A stretch of 64,000 nt of DNA from Gemmatales bacterium. Its GTDB lineage: Bacteria; Planctomycetota; Planctomycetia; Gemmatales; HRBIN36. Position numbers and translations under genes: made by a program. Positions 18,889-28,185 of the stretch are shown here, in pieces (the first letter of the stretch is position 1; each line of letters opens with the position of its first letter). The notes under the pieces are model-generated. The model had not been told where the DNA came from. It saw nothing but the letters and a program-made list of their open reading frames with translations, and searched no databases. The DNA is taken from assembly GCA_041640595.1 (NCBI GenBank), contig JBEPZY010000004.1, positions 258,373 to 322,372 on the forward strand, read 5' to 3'.

Positions 18889-21800
18889 TCACGGCTTGCG
18901 GAAAGTGGCGACCGAGGTTTCCAGCAGGGGCAAAGTGGCCCCGGCATAGCTGGGATGATCGACTATGAGAATGCCCAGGCCAAGCTGACCATCCGTGTGC
19001 TGGTAGTAATAACCGCGCAATTGTTCGCCCTTATCAGTAATGAATCGGCCAGCGACGCGGGCAAATAGCCGACCCTGGATCAGACCACGTTCGATGCTCT
19101 TGTCGAATTCCCAGCGTCCGCCATTGTTAGGAATTTTCGCCACCATGCCCTGCACAATCTCATCCAGGGACATGCCGGCTAATTGCGTGTCCAGAGGCGT
19201 CAGGCTCACCATCAGTGTCGGGGCGACTCCGACATCCTCGTGCGGTGGGCCGAAGCAGTTTACCATGATTTCGCTGCCCAGGCCAGGCTTACCTGTCTCG
19301 ATCTTGTAACCGCTTGGCGGACGGAAAGCGAAGGGGCCAACCTTGGTTTCCCCGGCCAGTTGTGCGGCGAGTGCGGGGTCGGGTTGCCAGGGATCGCGAC
19401 GTGAAACTGGCGGCGTTTTTTCCGCTGGCTTGGTTTTTTCCATCGGTTTAACGGAACCGGGAGCAGGTGATAGCAGTTCCTGGCGGGCCTCGACACGGGG
19501 AGCTACCGTGTCCAGAGACGGGAGGGTTTCTCCGCCAGCCATGGTGCACAACGCCTTGAACACTTCGGGCGAAATATTGCGTGTGATATATCGCACGCTG
19601 CCATCTGCCATAACCACGAAGGTTCCCGGCTTGCCACCGTGAGTTGGCGCCAGAAAACCGTAGGGGCGACCGACATCGTTACCGGCCAGGCTGGTGCCGC
19701 GCATGGTGGATCCGCCCCCCTGAATCCAGGGCCCAGCCAGACGCGAATCCACCTGAATCATCAAAATGGTGTTGCTGGTGCCGTCGCGGATTTCGTCCAG
19801 ACGGGTTGGTGGCCGATAGGCCGGATCGCCGAAAATTCCGGCTCGCGGATCGTCCTTGCGGTAGAAAGGAGCGTCCGGACCAACGCCCGCCATGCCGACA
19901 AAGTGCGACAATGCCACGCGCATTTCGCGACCACCAGCTTTGGCTTCGCCGAAATATGGGGGAGCTCCGGGATGCAAAAATTGCGGCACCAGCACACGAG
20001 CCGCTTTCAGGTTTTGCCCATCGTACCACGGTTTGCTGGGGTCGATCTGGGTGTAAAGCATGCGGTATCGGTCATCGTCGAAGTAAGGCAACAACTCACG
20101 CAGGAAGGAAACGCGTTCATCCAGGCGAAGGTTACCGCGACCGCCGAAGGATTCATCTCGTGCTATCAGAGCTCCGGGCGGGAAGCTTCGCCCATGCTGC
20201 TCCGGATAAGCTGCCGCTGCCCGTCCCAGATCGTGGATACGAAAACCGCGACCGTGTAATTGCATTTCCCCACGTGCGTAAACGAGCTGGTCTTCGAGTG
20301 CCTGCAGCAGTGGCGTGGTCGGTTGGGTCAGTGTCAGGCCCACCTGGACGTATTGGTCAACTTGCTGGACGTATATGCTGAGAATGGGTTTATCGGGGTC
20401 AATGGTCACCTGGTCTGCCGGTAAGGGCGATCCGCCCGAGCCCGGTGCAGGCTGCACGATTCCTCCATCCGTTCGAGGAGCGCCGCCCGGTCCGCCTGGA
20501 GCACTTCCGCCTCCGGGACCGCCGCCGATATTCGGTTGAATCGGTTTGATTCCACCTGGCCCGCCTGGAGCACTTCCGCCTCCGGGACCGCCGCCGATAT
20601 TCGGTTGAATCGGTTTGATTCCGCCCGGCCCGCCTGGAGCACTCCCACCTCCCGGACCGACATCCGATTCTCCAGGTGCACCGCCACCACCTCGCGGCAT
20701 CGGTTGCCCCATCGGCGCGGAGCTGCCCTCTCCGCCTGGGACGCCGCCCGGAAGAACGCCTCCGCCTCCCGGCACCTGACCGGTGCCGCCGGGCTGATCA
20801 CCGCCGATGTCGGCTGCCAGTTCCCTGTCCAGGTCATGCACCAGCACATTGGTGTCGAGGGCTTTGGCGATCGTTTGGCGAATCAGCGGGAGATTGATGC
20901 GAAGGACGGTGTTTTTGATTCGTTCGGCTGCGGAAACTTCCGGAGCGTGCAAGGCAACACTGACGGCCACGGGAGCATCCGGCAGCTGCACCAGCGCAAA
21001 GGCCAGACCGTCCACCTGAACCAGTTCGCGCGTGGCAAAGCTGAACGATTGCGGTAACCATTGCAGCCAGGCCTGGAGTCCGGCCAGCAAATCCCTGGAC
21101 TGTTTCTGCGTTCGCCATTCACCGTACAGCAGCGTGTACGGCCCTTCGCGGTCGATGCGATCCACTAAAAGCCGGAAATCGCGTGGCAGGGTCAGGAAAG
21201 TAGCGAATTCGGCAATGGGTGCGGTGGCGTCGGCATTCGATTCGACACCTGCGACACGCCATTGCAGCGTCGGCGGCTTCTCCAGCCAGGCCGCCAGCAA
21301 TTCTTCGTGAGCGATGACCAGGGTCTTGCGGTCGCCGGCCAGATGCACGGCTGCTTTTTCGCTCAGCGAAGCCAGTGGAAATCTGTCTCCCAGCAGTTCA
21401 TTCAGAAACCGCGCCCGCCCCAGATAGTACTCTTTCCCGGCGCGAGTCTGCCGGCTATCGGGCTGAATCCGCAGAGCTGACTGCACACGTTCCCAAACGA
21501 TCGGCGTCTTGCTGGTTACGATGATCATGCACTGCTGCCGGGTGGTCAAACCGGCCACGACCAGATCGTTGATTTGCCCCAATTCCACTCCGAGTTGTTG
21601 CTCAAAGTCCTGCGGTTGGAATCCGGCCTGGTCAAAAATCACCTGCTGGGCGAAACTTTTGAGCAATCGCTCGACTGGCAGATACAAAAAGATTTGCGTG
21701 TCATTGGGCAACAGATTGGTGGCATGGGCTCGCCAGTTTCCCAATCGGACAATGCGAGTCCGCCGGATCGCAGAAATGGCTTCGGCCAGTTCCCGGCGAA

Positions 21801-22509
21801 GTTCGGCATTGACCCGAACCCCGCTCATGGCCAGTTCCAGAACGCGCAGGATTGGTGCCGGGTCCTGCTCCTGCTTGGCCAGTTCCAGAGCTTTTTCCCG
21901 CAGTTTCTTGAGCAGTTCCTGGCGTTGCTGGGGCGGGGAATTGTGAAGCATGCGTACCACCTGGCTACGGAGCTTCTGCACCTCCTGTCCCTGAGCCGCG
22001 AGCAATTGTTCGATGAGCTTGTCGGTGTTCCCTCCCGGTTGATTCGCTCGGGGTTGCCCGCCCAGGTCGCCGCTTGGTTGTGGACCGCCTCCGCCGGGCT
22101 GCGCCGGTATATTCTGACCGGGAACGTTCGCCGGTGGAACAGGATTCTGCGGAACATCGCTGGCCTGCTCCTGCGAACCGCCCGACAGCAAAAGCACAAC
22201 AATCAGCACCACCCCCGCCACCACCAGCAAGCCGGCTCCGATGAAAATCATCAAGCGCACCTGGCTTTGCTCAGCGGACTTTTTGCCCTTCTTTTTCGGC
22301 TTGGGGGATTCGGCTTCGGCTTCAACTTCCTCTTTCTTCGCCTTTTTGGACTGCTTGCTGGCTTTGCCTGACGGCGATGTGTCCTGAACCAGCACTGCCT
22401 TCCGGCATTTGGGACAGGTGATTTTTTTGCCAATCAGCTCGCGGTTCTTGATGATGATCGTGCCCTGGCATTCCGGACAGGTTTGCCGGATTTCCGATGC
22501 CGACGACAT
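18889..22509 (-). CDS. Large membrane-anchored DUF1559-domain protein with N-terminal zinc ribbon and Gly/Pro-rich linker
   Basis: CPEC..CPKC, one TM helix, DEIRDGTSNTI and VVMADGSVRYI DUF1559 motifs. Confidence 0.82.
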   Translation of the reverse strand: MSSASEIRQTCPECQGTIIIKNRELIGKKITCPKCRKAVLVQDTSPSGKASKQSKKAKKEEVEAEAESPKPKKKGKKSAEQSQVRLMIFIGAGLLVVAGVVLIVVLLLSGGSQEQASDVPQNPVPPANVPGQNIPAQPGGGGPQPSGDLGGQPRANQPGGNTDKLIEQLLAAQGQEVQKLRSQVVRMLHNSPPQQRQELLKKLREKALELAKQEQDPAPILRVLELAMSGVRVNAELRRELAEAISAIRRTRIVRLGNWRAHATNLLPNDTQIFLYLPVERLLKSFAQQVIFDQAGFQPQDFEQQLGVELGQINDLVVAGLTTRQQCMIIVTSKTPIVWERVQSALRIQPDSRQTRAGKEYYLGRARFLNELLGDRFPLASLSEKAAVHLAGDRKTLVIAHEELLAAWLEKPPTLQWRVAGVESNADATAPIAEFATFLTLPRDFRLLVDRIDREGPYTLLYGEWRTQKQSRDLLAGLQAWLQWLPQSFSFATRELVQVDGLAFALVQLPDAPVAVSVALHAPEVSAAERIKNTVLRINLPLIRQTIAKALDTNVLVHDLDRELAADIGGDQPGGTGQVPGGGGVLPGGVPGGEGSSAPMGQPMPRGGGGAPGESDVGPGGGSAPGGPGGIKPIQPNIGGGPGGGSAPGGPGGIKPIQPNIGGGPGGGSAPGGPGGAPRTDGGIVQPAPGSGGSPLPADQVTIDPDKPILSIYVQQVDQYVQVGLTLTQPTTPLLQALEDQLVYARGEMQLHGRGFRIHDLGRAAAAYPEQHGRSFPPGALIARDESFGGRGNLRLDERVSFLRELLPYFDDDRYRMLYTQIDPSKPWYDGQNLKAARVLVPQFLHPGAPPYFGEAKAGGREMRVALSHFVGMAGVGPDAPFYRKDDPRAGIFGDPAYRPPTRLDEIRDGTSNTILMIQVDSRLAGPWIQGGGSTMRGTSLAGNDVGRPYGFLAPTHGGKPGTFVVMADGSVRYITRNISPEVFKALCTMAGGETLPSLDTVAPRVEARQELLSPAPGSVKPMEKTKPAEKTPPVSRRDPWQPDPALAAQLAGETKVGPFAFRPPSGYKIETGKPGLGSEIMVNCFGPPHEDVGVAPTLMVSLTPLDTQLAGMSLDEIVQGMVAKIPNNGGRWEFDKSIERGLIQGRLFARVAGRFITDKGEQLRGYYYQHTDGQLGLGILIVDHPSYAGATLPLLETSVATFRKP
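20492..20660. repeat. 69-bp coding tandem repeat (about 2.4 copies; GGGSAPGGPGGIKPIQPNIGGGP)
   Basis: CCGCCTGGAGCAC at 20492, 20561 and 20630. Confidence 0.9.
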
Positions 22510-22879
22510 GTTTTTTTCTCCCGCAACTCGGTTTGGCCTCAGACCAGCACCTACTCTTTATCATAATCCGAGTTGAGGCAATATCAAAGTGGCGGATTAA
22601 GGAATTCCCCGAGCGAGTCTGGCCAGAGACAAATCCGTTCTGCGGGGAGATTTTGTCAGGCCGGTCATGGGCATAGCGGAACGGGGTCGCGGCTGTTATG
22701 CAAAACCGCTCTAGCGTTCTTCGCCAATGGTTGCTATACGTTCGGGCCGACAAGCCTGCTCGAAGACGTGATTGACGACACTTCGCCGACGCCGACCGAT
22801 GGCGAAACTGCCATCGTGCCCACTCGCGGGGAGACGAGTCCCGGCGTCCAGGTTGCCAATCTCCTCAAGGAGACGACCG

Positions 22880-24634
22880 ATGCACGGTAAGCCAAACTGG
22901 GGTTTATTGGCCGCCACGGTGCTGGCAACTGCAATTGCCACCCTGGCTGTGCTGGAATACCTCCACCGCCATCCCGACTGTCGCCTGGGTCGCTGGTGGC
23001 ACAGCGCCCAGCAAACCGTTTCGCCCACCGAGCCGGCCACACCTCGGCTGCAACTTCGCGCCTGGCAAAGCAGCGACTCATCGCCCACCGCCGAACCCGA
23101 TTCGCCTCCCTCCATTCCGCCCGACATACTGCAACAAAGCCTGCGCGAATTGCGGTTGCTCGACCAGTTTGCCTCGGGGTCTGCGGCGTCGGAACCGGCT
23201 GTAGCATCCGCCCCGGCAGTGGATGAGTTTTGTCCGGAAAAAATACCTGTGCCGCCCCGCTGTGTCCTGGCTGATGCCGACACACCGCAGGAACGCATCG
23301 CCATTCCCGATGGCCGAACCCTGGCTCCTGTCGTGAGCGTCGAAACGCTCCCGGTTGCGCCCAAACCGGTGATTCCGGAAAACACGCCGGATGACCTCGA
23401 TGACGACACCGCCACACAAACCGAACCGGCTGACGACACACCAGGCGATCCGGAGCAATCCGAACCAGCTGAGGAAACAGTGCCGGCTTGTCGGCAAAGT
23501 TCCGCCTCGCCGACACACAAATTCTCGACCGGCGGTGCTCGCGTGGTTGCCGTAGCCAACGGCCCCTGCTGTACGGATGTGGATATCGTGGTCGAGGTGC
23601 GAAACCAGCTGAACAATTTCCTCAGCTGGCTCTGCGGTTGGTGCCAGCCTACGGAAGACACCTGTTGCCGCTCCACTTTCCACACCCGAGTATCGAAGAG
23701 CGGGGATTGTTGCTGCCGATGTGAGCAAGCGAAAAAGCAAACCGATTGCGATACCGGAGATTCACCCGTAAAACCACACCATGCCCGCAACTCTGAAGCA
23801 GACCAATCGGGCCAGAATTGCTCACACCGTGCAGCCTCGCCACCGGTTCAGCAGAAGCTGGTGCTTCGGATTTATCCCGTGGCTGATCTCGTTGAGTCAG
23901 CAGAGGACGGCCTCGATCTCGAAGCCCTGGTGGCGAAGCTGTTGGGTAGCCAGTGTTGCCCTGACACTCGACTCCATTATCCTTGCCCTACATACAGCCC
24001 GCGCGACGAAGAGGCTTGGGTGGCTTATCACAATGGTTGTCGAGCTCTGGTGGTGATGGAAACATGCGAAAATCACGGCAGGATCGCGGCATTCCTCAGC
24101 GAAATGCGTAAAGCCGCCCGGATTAAGAGTGAACTGGAGCGTGCGCGTCGCTGTCAGGAAGCATCGGAGTCCACGCGAGAACTACCCTGCCCCGTCGGCG
24201 AACCCGAACGTGTAATCGTTGTGCCGATCGTCCGGCCGGTCCTCGTGCCGGTAGCCGTGCCTGTACCCGTTGGGGTACCCGATACAGAATTGCCGCCGCC
24301 ACAATTTCGCGTTCCCGATCCAGGCTCCGAGGACGAACATTGCCCTGAATGTCCGGCCCGGCGATTCGTGCTGCCCACTACGCCAGAACAACTCCCGGAT
24401 TGCCAGGGCATGCCTGCGGAAATTCTGCCCATGCTTCGCCAGCTCTTTGAACAGTTGCGCGGCGCGATTCCCAACGTAACACCGGCATGCCCGCAGTACC
24501 CGAAGCGAAGTTCCTGCCCGTCCACGCTTCCGGTGTTGCCATCCGACCAGGAAGATGGCGAGGATGATTGTCCGCCATACGACGACGAAGACCTCCAGCC
24601 TCTCGAAACCGATCTCTCCCCACCGATCGGCTAA
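22880..24634 (+). CDS. Hypothetical Cys/Pro-rich membrane-anchored protein with a secretin-N-like segment
   Basis: AAGGAG RBS before ATG 22880; N-terminal TM; RIYPVADLV...ALVVMETCENHGRIAAFLSEMR resembles the secretin-N-like motif of planctomycete proteins. Confidence 0.65.
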   Translation: MHGKPNWGLLAATVLATAIATLAVLEYLHRHPDCRLGRWWHSAQQTVSPTEPATPRLQLRAWQSSDSSPTAEPDSPPSIPPDILQQSLRELRLLDQFASGSAASEPAVASAPAVDEFCPEKIPVPPRCVLADADTPQERIAIPDGRTLAPVVSVETLPVAPKPVIPENTPDDLDDDTATQTEPADDTPGDPEQSEPAEETVPACRQSSASPTHKFSTGGARVVAVANGPCCTDVDIVVEVRNQLNNFLSWLCGWCQPTEDTCCRSTFHTRVSKSGDCCCRCEQAKKQTDCDTGDSPVKPHHARNSEADQSGQNCSHRAASPPVQQKLVLRIYPVADLVESAEDGLDLEALVAKLLGSQCCPDTRLHYPCPTYSPRDEEAWVAYHNGCRALVVMETCENHGRIAAFLSEMRKAARIKSELERARRCQEASESTRELPCPVGEPERVIVVPIVRPVLVPVAVPVPVGVPDTELPPPQFRVPDPGSEDEHCPECPARRFVLPTTPEQLPDCQGMPAEILPMLRQLFEQLRGAIPNVTPACPQYPKRSSCPSTLPVLPSDQEDGEDDCPPYDDEDLQPLETDLSPPIG

Positions 24635-24822
24635 CCAGTTTGTCCGGGGTGTGCCGTCGGCTCATACGCGCTGCCTCTTGAAACCGAACTGTACGCAGTG
24701 GTCGCCTGACCAGCTCCAGGGATCGCCTAACAGGAGAACCATCGCAAAAACGGTATCCGTTTTGCCGTCCAACTCCCAGGCTGCGAACTCATCAGCAGCA
24801 TCCAGCCCGAGCCGCTAGCGCC

Positions 24823-24948
24823 AGATCAAGCACCGTCGCCATTAGATGGAAAGCAGCTCGCGTCCGATCAAGAGCGGCTAACGTCGGATCAAGATCGGCT
24901 GACCGCAGATTAGAAACGGTTCGCGTCAAATCAAGAGCGGGGGGCGTC
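24823..24948. repeat. Degenerate 21-bp tandem repeat (6 units) running into a REP
   Basis: NGATCAAGAGCGG-like units start at 24823, 24844, 24865, 24886, 24907 and 24928. Confidence 0.7.
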
Positions 24949-25235
24949 AGCCCCCCGTGGTGTCGCACACGCTAGTGCACGTGCATTTCCAACACATTAC
25001 CGACAACGTTCGTACCACAGAACCATGGCGGGCTGACGCCCGCCGCTCCTGATTCGGTGGTCTGTTCGCCGAACATTATTCGCTCCGCTCTGCAGGCGCG
25101 ACCCGTTACCGAACCACGGCGGGCTGACGCCCGCCGCTCTTGATTCGGCGGTCGGTGTTCGCCGAACATTATTCGCTCCGCTCTGCAGGCGCGACCCGCT
25201 ACCAACCCACGGCGGGCTGACGGCAACCGCTCTTG
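24932..25235. repeat. REP-like palindrome cluster B (4 copies; duplicated ~92-bp module)
   Basis: REPs at 24932 (inverted), 25023, 25114 and 25207; linker TTCGCCGAACATTATTCGCTCCGCTCTGCAGGCGCGACCCG occurs twice. Confidence 0.9.
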
Positions 25236-25316
25236 TTTGTCGGTTCGGTTGTCGCTGAACGATGCTCGGTTCTCAACGTAGATATGGCAGACCTCTTAAG
25301 TTGCTTTTACGCCATC

Positions 25317-25563
25317 GGACAAACTTCCCGATTATCTGCCACCGGCCAATGATCACTGGCCACCGAATTTCGCTCCGTTAGCGCGCAAACTTTGCCGATG
25401 TCCGATCACTGGTTCCAGATCACTGACGACCGAATTTCTCTCCGTCAGTAGGTGAACTCTCCCGATAGCCAGCCACCGGCCACCGATCACCGGCCACTGT
25501 TCACTGATCACCGGCCACTGTTCGCTGATCACCGGCCACTGTTCGCTGATCACCGGCCACTGA
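25317..25563. repeat. Degenerate 67-bp repeats followed by a heptamer-based 21-bp tandem repeat (CTGATCACCGGCCACTGTTCR)
   Basis: GATCACTG..ACCGAATTTC.CTCCGT.AG at 25351 and 25418; about four 21-bp units at 25484-25563. Confidence 0.85.
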
Positions 25564-25600
25564 AGGCTAGCTGGGCTGGTGTCCAGCCATCCGGCGCGTG

Positions 25601-26968
25601 TCAGATGCGGCGGAGGTGATAAATCACACGTTCGGCAAACTCGCTGCTCGATGCTCCTGCTTCCGGGCCGTAACCAGGATACTGCCGGGCGATGTCGTAA
25701 GTAACGTAAAGTTTTTGACCCGGTCCGCGTGCGGCAATCTCTTCGCTCTCGGCAAAGGTCATTTCCAATCCGCGATAGACCAGATTGGCTGCTTCGTGCC
25801 AGCCGAGGTGCTCTAACAGCAAGGCCCCGGAAAGGATGACGGCACTGGGATTGGCCATGTTTTTACCCGTGTATTTCGGCGCAGTACCGTGAGTGGCCTC
25901 GAACATAGCAGCCTGGTCGCCGATATTGGCTCCGGCTGCCAGTCCGATACCTCCCACCAGAGCCGCCACTGCGTCCGACAGGTAGTCGCCATTAAGATTC
26001 GGCGTGGCAATGACGCTATACTCATCCGGCCGGAGCTGGATTTGCTGAAACATGCTATCGGCAATGCGGTCGTTGACCAAAACCTTGCCCGCACGCTCAG
26101 CTCCGCGAGCGACTTCCTCTTCCGTAACCACAAAGGGGCGGAACTCGGTTACGGCCACCTCGTAACCCCAATCTTTGAAGGCTCCCTCGGTGAACTTCAT
26201 AATGTTGCCTTTGTGCACCAGCGTGACGCTCGGCAGTTTTTTGTCAATGGCGTAGCGGATGGCCATTCGCACCAGGCGTTTCGTACCTTCGGGGCTGATC
26301 GGTTTGATGCCGATACCAGCCGAGAGCGGAATGTTGTAGCCCAGCGAATTGATAAACTCGATCACCTTGCGGGCACGCTCCGTGCCACTCTTGAACTCGA
26401 TGCCACAATAAACATCCTCGGTGTTTTCGCGGAAAATGACCATGTTGACCTGGTGGGCCCGCTTATTGGGAGCCTCGATGCCTCGAAAATACCGCACCGG
26501 TCGCACACACGCATACAGGTCAAAGCGCATCCGCAGATAAACGTTGATACTGCGAAAACCTCCACCGATTGGCGTGGTGAGTGGCCCTTTGAGTCCGACG
26601 CGGTAATATTCGAAGGCCCGCAGCGTGTCATCCGGGAGGTAAAGTTTACGCTGATCCTCCTCGCTCAGATTGTTGACCTCTTCGTCGCGGACATGGGGAT
26701 AATAACGCTCCCGGGCAGAATCTCCCGCGTAAATGTCGAACCAGACGATGCGGCGCCGACCGGCATACGCATGTTCGACGGCCGCATCCAGAACCCGCAC
26801 CGCACAGGTGGTGATCCCCGGCACCGTGCCGACATCTTTCCCGATTCCATCACCACGGATCAGACACACAATCGGATCGTCCGGCACCTGCCAGCGTCCC
26901 TGAGCATCCACCTGAATGCGATTTCCCTGACTCGGCGGCGTCAATCGTTCGAAAGTTGGAACGCTCAT
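25601..26968 (-). CDS. icd: NADP-dependent isocitrate dehydrogenase
   Basis: GDGIG, KGPLTTPIGGGFRSIN, FRENTED, VHKGNIMKFTEGAF, NLNGDYLSD, FEATHGTAPKY; start MSVPTF. Confidence 0.96.
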   Translation of the reverse strand: MSVPTFERLTPPSQGNRIQVDAQGRWQVPDDPIVCLIRGDGIGKDVGTVPGITTCAVRVLDAAVEHAYAGRRRIVWFDIYAGDSARERYYPHVRDEEVNNLSEEDQRKLYLPDDTLRAFEYYRVGLKGPLTTPIGGGFRSINVYLRMRFDLYACVRPVRYFRGIEAPNKRAHQVNMVIFRENTEDVYCGIEFKSGTERARKVIEFINSLGYNIPLSAGIGIKPISPEGTKRLVRMAIRYAIDKKLPSVTLVHKGNIMKFTEGAFKDWGYEVAVTEFRPFVVTEEEVARGAERAGKVLVNDRIADSMFQQIQLRPDEYSVIATPNLNGDYLSDAVAALVGGIGLAAGANIGDQAAMFEATHGTAPKYTGKNMANPSAVILSGALLLEHLGWHEAANLVYRGLEMTFAESEEIAARGPGQKLYVTYDIARQYPGYGPEAGASSSEFAERVIYHLRRI

Positions 26969-26978
26969 GATCGTTTGC

Positions 26979-27592
26979 CCCTTTGTCGCGGTTCTGCTTA
27001 GCGACGACCGGACAGAGCCACATCCCATCTTGGTAGCCGGGTCTGCTCAGCCCTTTGCCTGAAGTTCCGCTAAGCGACGACCGGACAGTCTATTGCACTA
27101 ATTTCCCTCCCCCTGTCAAGATAGCACCCGACAAGCCTGCCAGCACGTTGAGGAAAAGTACCGCGATTTCACCCGTTTCCCCAGCCTCATCTTCCAGTTC
27201 GATCCGACCGGCTGCCAGCACGTTCAGGAAAAGTACCGCGATTTCACCTCCCCGTGTCAAGATAGCACCCGGCAACCGGCAGTGCCCGGTAATTACCCTT
27301 CCGGTGATTCTTCTCCATTGCGCCAGCGTGGTGTTCCCCCCGAGCGCCAGACCGCTTATCCATGCGAATAGATCAACGCCATCCGGTAGAACCGGGCGCC
27401 AGACGAACCACATTTCGCAAACCACCGAAATCCTCACCGATAGTGGGGCTTCGATTGCAAGGCGCCAGACGAACCACATTTCGCAAACCACGGGCGACAC
27501 AATTAGCACAGTTGTGTTCCGAAGCTGTGGATGGAAAGGCTCGCCTCCTCCGTTGCCTGGCGACACGATTAGCACGGTGGCGTTCCGAGCTG
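26979..27592. repeat. Cluster of five different repeat-spacer-repeat units upstream of icd
   Basis: Direct-repeat pairs at 26979/27051, 27101/27241, 27137/27212, 27395/27461 and 27493/27559. Confidence 0.85.
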
Positions 27593-27898
27593 ACGCATCA
27601 CTGGGAAAGTTTGCCTAGTGACCATTTTGGGGACGAAAGCGGTGCGGCCGTGTTTTGGGCGAAACCCATTCCTGATGCCGTGCTGCCTGCCGCGGGCGAG
27701 AAGCATGGCAATGTTGCGTTCAGTTCGGTTGCGGCTGGAGATTGTCGCATGGCCGGCCGAGGGGCAAGTTGATTTCAGAATTTTCTGAACATATTGACGA
27801 ACTGCGTTGGGGTTGGTAAACTTGTCTGAGGATGCTGGACGCGGGTCGTTTTTCAACAACGAGACAGAAGCAGCAACGCTTCGAAATCGGCCAAGTGG

Positions 27899-28084
27899 AT
27901 GCACGGGGCTTGGCTGTATGGAAAGTGCGGCGGAGGGGCTGATCTGCACTACGCGGCCAGCCCATAGAAGTAATGCATGGGGCTTGGCTGTATGGAAAGT
28001 GCGGCGGCGGGGCTGATCTGCACTACGCGGCCAGCCCATAGAAGTAATGCACGGGGCTTGGCTTATCGAAAGTGCGGCGGAGGT
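27899..28084. repeat. 74-bp tandem repeat (three ~38-nt repeats, two near-identical 36-nt spacers)
   Basis: ATGCAYGGGGCTTGGCT...GAAAGTGCGGCGG at 27899, 27973 and 28047. Confidence 0.9.
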
Positions 28085-28185
28085 CAGCTAGACCCGAACG
28101 GCGAAGCTGCCCAAGTGAATACGCTGGCACCTGGCTGGGCGAAGCGGGATGATCGCCGATTATCTTTGCCCAAAGGGGGATTGCC

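Noticed and set aside
25353..25553. 66-aa ISEQWPV-repeat ORF
   Set aside because: Translation of the 21-bp non-coding tandem repeat.
27055..27618. 187-aa and 161-aa repetitive ORFs upstream of icd
   Set aside because: The peptide repeats only mirror the 66/75-bp DNA duplications; no recognisable domain.
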